Source of the DNA: Octopus vulgaris
Lineage: Eukaryota
DNA: 64,000 nucleotides
Direction of reading: 5' to 3'
NCBI GenBank assembly: GCA_951406725.2
Contig: OX597835.1
Coordinates: 31,000,001-31,064,000, forward strand
Shown: positions 59,482-64,000 of the stretch, piece by piece
How positions within the stretch are numbered: position 1 is the first letter of the stretch
Layout: the number at the start of each line of letters is the position of its first letter
Notes under the pieces: model-generated
Told to the model about the DNA's origin: nothing
What the model saw: the letters and a program-made list of their open reading frames with translations, nothing else
Database searches by the model: none
Made by a program: the position numbers and the translations under genes

Positions 59482-60389
59482 GTTTTTTTTTCTTTTTTTT
59501 AAATATATTCAAAATAAAACTTAAAAAGCGAGAAGAAAAAGAAATCAGAGGAAAGTCACAATGAACAAAAAAGGAGAAAGTCAAATAAAGTTAAAAAGAA
59601 AGTCAATAACACAGCAAAAACCTTCTGGCCATTCGGTACTCCCGGCCTAAATTGAACCCGGAACGCCGCAACTGGAACACAACTTCCACAAAAATTGGTG
59701 TAAAATTGGTAAAAATTGTTCAAACTTCGGAGGCAAAACACTCCCCTATATAACAGTTTTCACAATTCTTAAAGTTCTTCACAGCATAATACAATTCTCA
59801 TAATTAGGTGAGAAAAATATTCACTCAATTATCGAAGACGAATACGCCCCCAAAAAATTCTCACAATTCATCGAGAAAAATATATTTGCCCCATGTCGGC
59901 AGAATCAGAATTCTGAATCCAGTAGGACTTCCTGCCTGTAAAAAACAATTTTCAACAAAAATTCCCACTGGACCCAGAAAACAGAATCTTACCTTACAAT
60001 GGGGCTTCAAAAATTTTCAATTCAAGACGGCTTCAAAAGCACGTCTTCACCGCTTCAGTGTCAAACACGACACTGACTCGCACATGCGCAGAAGCAACCT
60101 GTAAGCAAGCTACTTACCACACAGTTACTCCTGCGCCTATAATTGAATTTTTAAAAACAAAAACAGCATAAAATTGGTTATCGTAGATTTATTGAAGCAG
60201 ACTCAGTTATCAAATTTACCAATTTAAATATACTGCAGCCACTGTTGTTACAGTGGAATATAGCTTTGACTTCGGCTTCATTCAAACAGGGGTATCAGAA
60301 CCTAAGAAAAGAACTTGAACAACAAATATTCAGGAGAAAATAGACCGGAAGAGAAAGGATCTCTCAATTCTTAATTCAATGCTGGCTTG

Positions 60390-60780
60390 AAATTTTTGCA
60401 CGATGCCAACAATTTCGGGAAAGTAGATGAGTTAATTCCACGTTAGTCTTCAATTGGGACTTGTTTTATCGACACGAAAAGATGAAAAGCAAGGTCGAAT
60501 TCCGCGGAATTAGAAATTGGTGTGTAAAAATGAACGAAATACCGCTACGCATTTTGCCCGGCGGGTTAACGATACTGACAGCTCACCACCTTGTTTTTAA
60601 TGAAGTAATCATTACTATTAAAGGCACAGGGTCTGTAATATGCAGAAAGGGAACTAGTCGATTACATCGAGCCCTCAGTGTATAACTGGTACTTAATTTA
60701 TCGACCCCGAAAGGATGAAAGACAAAGTCGACCTCGGCGGAATTTGGACTCAGAACGTAGCGACGGGCAAAATGCTGCTA
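60390..60780 (-). mobile_element. Two adjacent SINE family B copies (60390-60590 and 60622-60780)
   Basis: TTTATCGAC-CGAAA-GATGAAA...GTCGA...GCGGAATT occurs twice. Confidence 0.8.
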
Positions 60781-60964
60781 AAAAAAAATTTTTCGGCAAA
60801 TCGCCGAGAATCCGTCGGTAGAGAAAACTCCAATAATTCGTTCACCAAAATACAGAGTTCGACTCGAAACCAAATCTATTCTATTGAGGATTTGATAGAA
60901 ATAAAATATGAGTCAATGAGGCACCAATAGAAAGGCATGTAGAAGGAACTGGGGCCGCAATCTC

Positions 60965-60986
60965 ATACTAATGCTGCTGCTGCTAT

Positions 60987-61068
<82 letters not shown>

Positions 61069-61667
61069 ACTGCCGCTACTACTACTACTAATAATAATAA
61101 TAATGATGATGATGGTCATGATGAGGATAATAATAATAATAACAACAATGATAATAGTTATAATGATGATGAAGATGACGACGACTACGGTGATGATACT
61201 GATGATGATAAAGGAAGATAATCAGGATGATGATGAAGATGAGAAGATTGTGGATTGGATGAGGATGATCATGATGATCATGACGATGACGATGACGATG
61301 ATGATGATTCTGTTGCTGCTACTGCTGCTGAAGCTGCTGATGCTGCCGATAACGATGATGACGATGATGATGACGATGAGGATTAATACAAACATCATCC
61401 GAAACAGTAGCGCCTCCTGCAATAACGACAAAACAACAGCATCGACAATGACACCCAAGCTAACCATTGAAACGATTCTTACCCAGGAATGTTCTTATAA
61501 CTAAACAAAAGAGGCCGAGCCAAAAAGTAGACGGTGAAAATGATCCGGAATCGATCCCTTCGATTTAACAAGTCTGCCTGTCAATCATTGAAGCGGTCGC
61601 AAGAAAATTTACACACAAAAAGACTCCAACAAAAACACTAAAGAAAAACACACGTAGTAGTAGTAGC

Positions 61668-61705
<38 letters not shown>

Positions 61706-61981
61706 CAATAGTATATTGGTGGTGGTAGTGGTGGTAGCGGTGGCTGTGGTGGTTGTATTAGTAGTAACAGTATTGGTGTTGGTGGTGGTGTTGGTAGTGG
61801 TGGTGATTGTGATGTTGGCTGTAGTAGTAGTAGTAGTAGTAGTGGATGTGGTGGTGGTGGTGGTGGTGGTGGTGGTGGTAGTTGTGGTTGTGGTGGTAGT
61901 CGTGGTGGTGTTGGCTGTGGTGGTGGCTGTGATGGTTGTAGTAGAGGCAGTAGTACTAGCAGCAGCAGCACTAGCACTAGC

Positions 61982-62044
<63 letters not shown>

Positions 62045-62623
62045 CAGAGTGTTCAACTTCCCCCATCGCTTCACCCCCCCCCCCACTCCTTCCAGTCAAA
62101 ACGGCCTAAATTACCCATCTTAATCCCTTTCAAAGATAATCCGCGAAAATGAATACATTGGGCACTTACACGCTCACTTTAAAATATGCCATCTTGATCT
62201 TTTTCCTTCCAACGTTCCCGTCCAATATTTCTTTACTTTTTTTCTTTTTGTTTTTCTTTTAGGTTTGTGATTGTTTTTTGTTTTTTTTCATGCTACCGAA
62301 CACGATTTTTTCTCATACTTTCCCATCATTATATTATTTATTATTTTCTATTTGTTAATTCGTTGTGTGTATGCATGCATGCGTATGTATGTATGTATGT
62401 ATGTATGTATGTATGTATGTATGTATGTATGTATGTATGTATGTATGTACGCGTGTATGTTTGTATGTATGTATGCATGTATGTATGTATGTATGTATGT
62501 ATGTATGTATGTGTATCTACTCGCGTGTATTTCATAGGTGTCTTTTTTCATGTTTAATATGAGTGTAACTATTGTTGGTATTGTTGTTGCTGTTGTTGTT
62601 TTTAGTATCATTATTATTATTAA

Positions 62624-62677
<54 letters not shown>

Positions 62678-62835
62678 CATTATTATTATTATTATTATTA
62701 TCGTCATCATCATTTTCATTTTCATTATTACTGTACTATCCCCCCACATCCTTCGTTCTGGTGGCTAATAAAAGAAATCATTCTTCTTCTTCTTCTTCTT
62801 CTTCTTCTTCTTCTTCTTCTTCTTCTTCTTCTTCA

Positions 62836-62897
<62 letters not shown>

Positions 62898-62900
62898 CAG
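60965..62900. repeat. Series of trinucleotide and tetranucleotide microsatellite blocks separated by short unique islands
   Basis: (ACT)n, (GAT)n, (GGT)n, (AGT)n, (TATG)n, (ATT)n and (CTT)n are visible. Confidence 0.9.
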
Positions 62901-63313
62901 TGTTATTTTAATGGATTTCTGTTTTTTAAAAAAATGAAAAATGGACGCCGCGAATTGTAAAAATCAGGAATTTATTGTTAGAGAGAAAAAAAAAGACAAA
63001 CAGCTGACTAAAAAAAAAGTTAGAAGAGAAACGTAAATGTTACGGCGTGTATGAGACGATGTAGGAGGAGCTTTTTGTCTATTAATGTTTACTTTTTTCT
63101 TTTATTATCATTATTATTATCATGATCATTATAATTCTCATTGTTGTTGTTATTGATATTATTATTTGTGTTTCCTTTCCGTCTATTTTCTCCTTTATAA
63201 TTCCGTTTATAATTTTTTGTTCTATTTCTCTCCTTCAAATTTTTTTTTGTCTCTCACGCATGGGTTTCTGAGTGTGTAAATATATGCCTGAGTATTATTT
63301 TCTATATGGATGT

Positions 63314-63368
<55 letters not shown>

Positions 63369-63959
63369 GGGGTGAATCTATATCTATAAGAGCATATATG
63401 CGTCGTTGTCTCTTTATAACATATGTTGTTTCTCTGTGTGTTAGTTCCAATTGTTTTGTTGTGACGTCGGTTCTTTTTCATTTTTATGCTATTTATATTT
63501 CATTTCACTAAAAAAAATTCTAATATATGGCGTGATTTTATCAATTTTTTAAATATTTATTTTTGCATTTTTTCCCTGATATTTTCTCTGCGAACGTTTG
63601 CTGTTTTTTTAAATTCTTTATTCTACATTTTTTATATTTTGTGGAGGAGGGAAAGGTTCTTGATTGTTAACTCTTAATCTAATTCCATTGAATGCGCTTT
63701 CATTAGGCAGACAATACAATATCAGATCCTGCCCCCCTACCTGCACCTGCACAACCACCACTACCGCCACTTGCACCAGCACCAGCACCAGCATCTGCAC
63801 TAGCGCCACCGCTTCCATCATCACCACCAACACCACCACCACTGCCACAAACCTCACCACCAATGAATTCACGTCATGTGACAGCGCAGACGTGTACTGA
63901 GGCCGGAAAGTGCCGGCATGTGTACATAATCACACACACACGCAAGCATACGTTATATA

Positions 63960-63994
<35 letters not shown>

Positions 63995-64000
63995 ACACAT

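Larger units (their letters stand above)
57893..60100 (-). mobile_element. ORF1-only (HAL1-like) non-LTR retroelement, 2208 bp, 15-bp TSD
   Basis: TSD GTAAGCAAGCTACTT at 57878-57892 and 60101-60115; AATAAA at the 3' junction; no RT or endonuclease sequence seen. Confidence 0.8.

Noticed and set aside
63664-63900. Proline- or threonine-rich coding exon at the window end
   Set aside because: Built on a degenerate (CCA/GCA)n repeat with no clear splice boundaries; cannot be supported

Overview
AT-rich, microsatellite-saturated eukaryotic DNA. The SINE families and repeat landscape point to a cephalopod (octopus-like) genome; this is inferred, not proven. I found no convincing host protein-coding gene, and almost all ORFs in the track are artefacts of (TA)n, (CA)n and trinucleotide repeats. 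The window contains: three tRNA-derived SINE families in many copies; degenerate LINE pieces (Tx1/L1, RTE, R4/Dong-like, CR1/L2-group); mariner and hAT elements; non-autonomous Helitrons; and at least four families of Penelope-like terminal repeats carrying type I hammerhead-ribozyme motifs. The most notable structures are (1) a 2.2-kb, TSD-flanked retroelement that encodes only a gag/ORF1-like CCHC protein (HAL1-like) and is inserted into a SINE head, (2) a ~670-bp palindrome with a hammerhead in each arm, (3) a Penelope end in which a tRNA-like Pol III cassette lies directly upstream of a hammerhead, and (4) a TSD-flanked, internally deleted mini-RTE. Short unique islands rich in homeodomain/TALE motifs suggest a regulatory gene desert or a large intron. 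Coordinates of degenerate elements are approximate.
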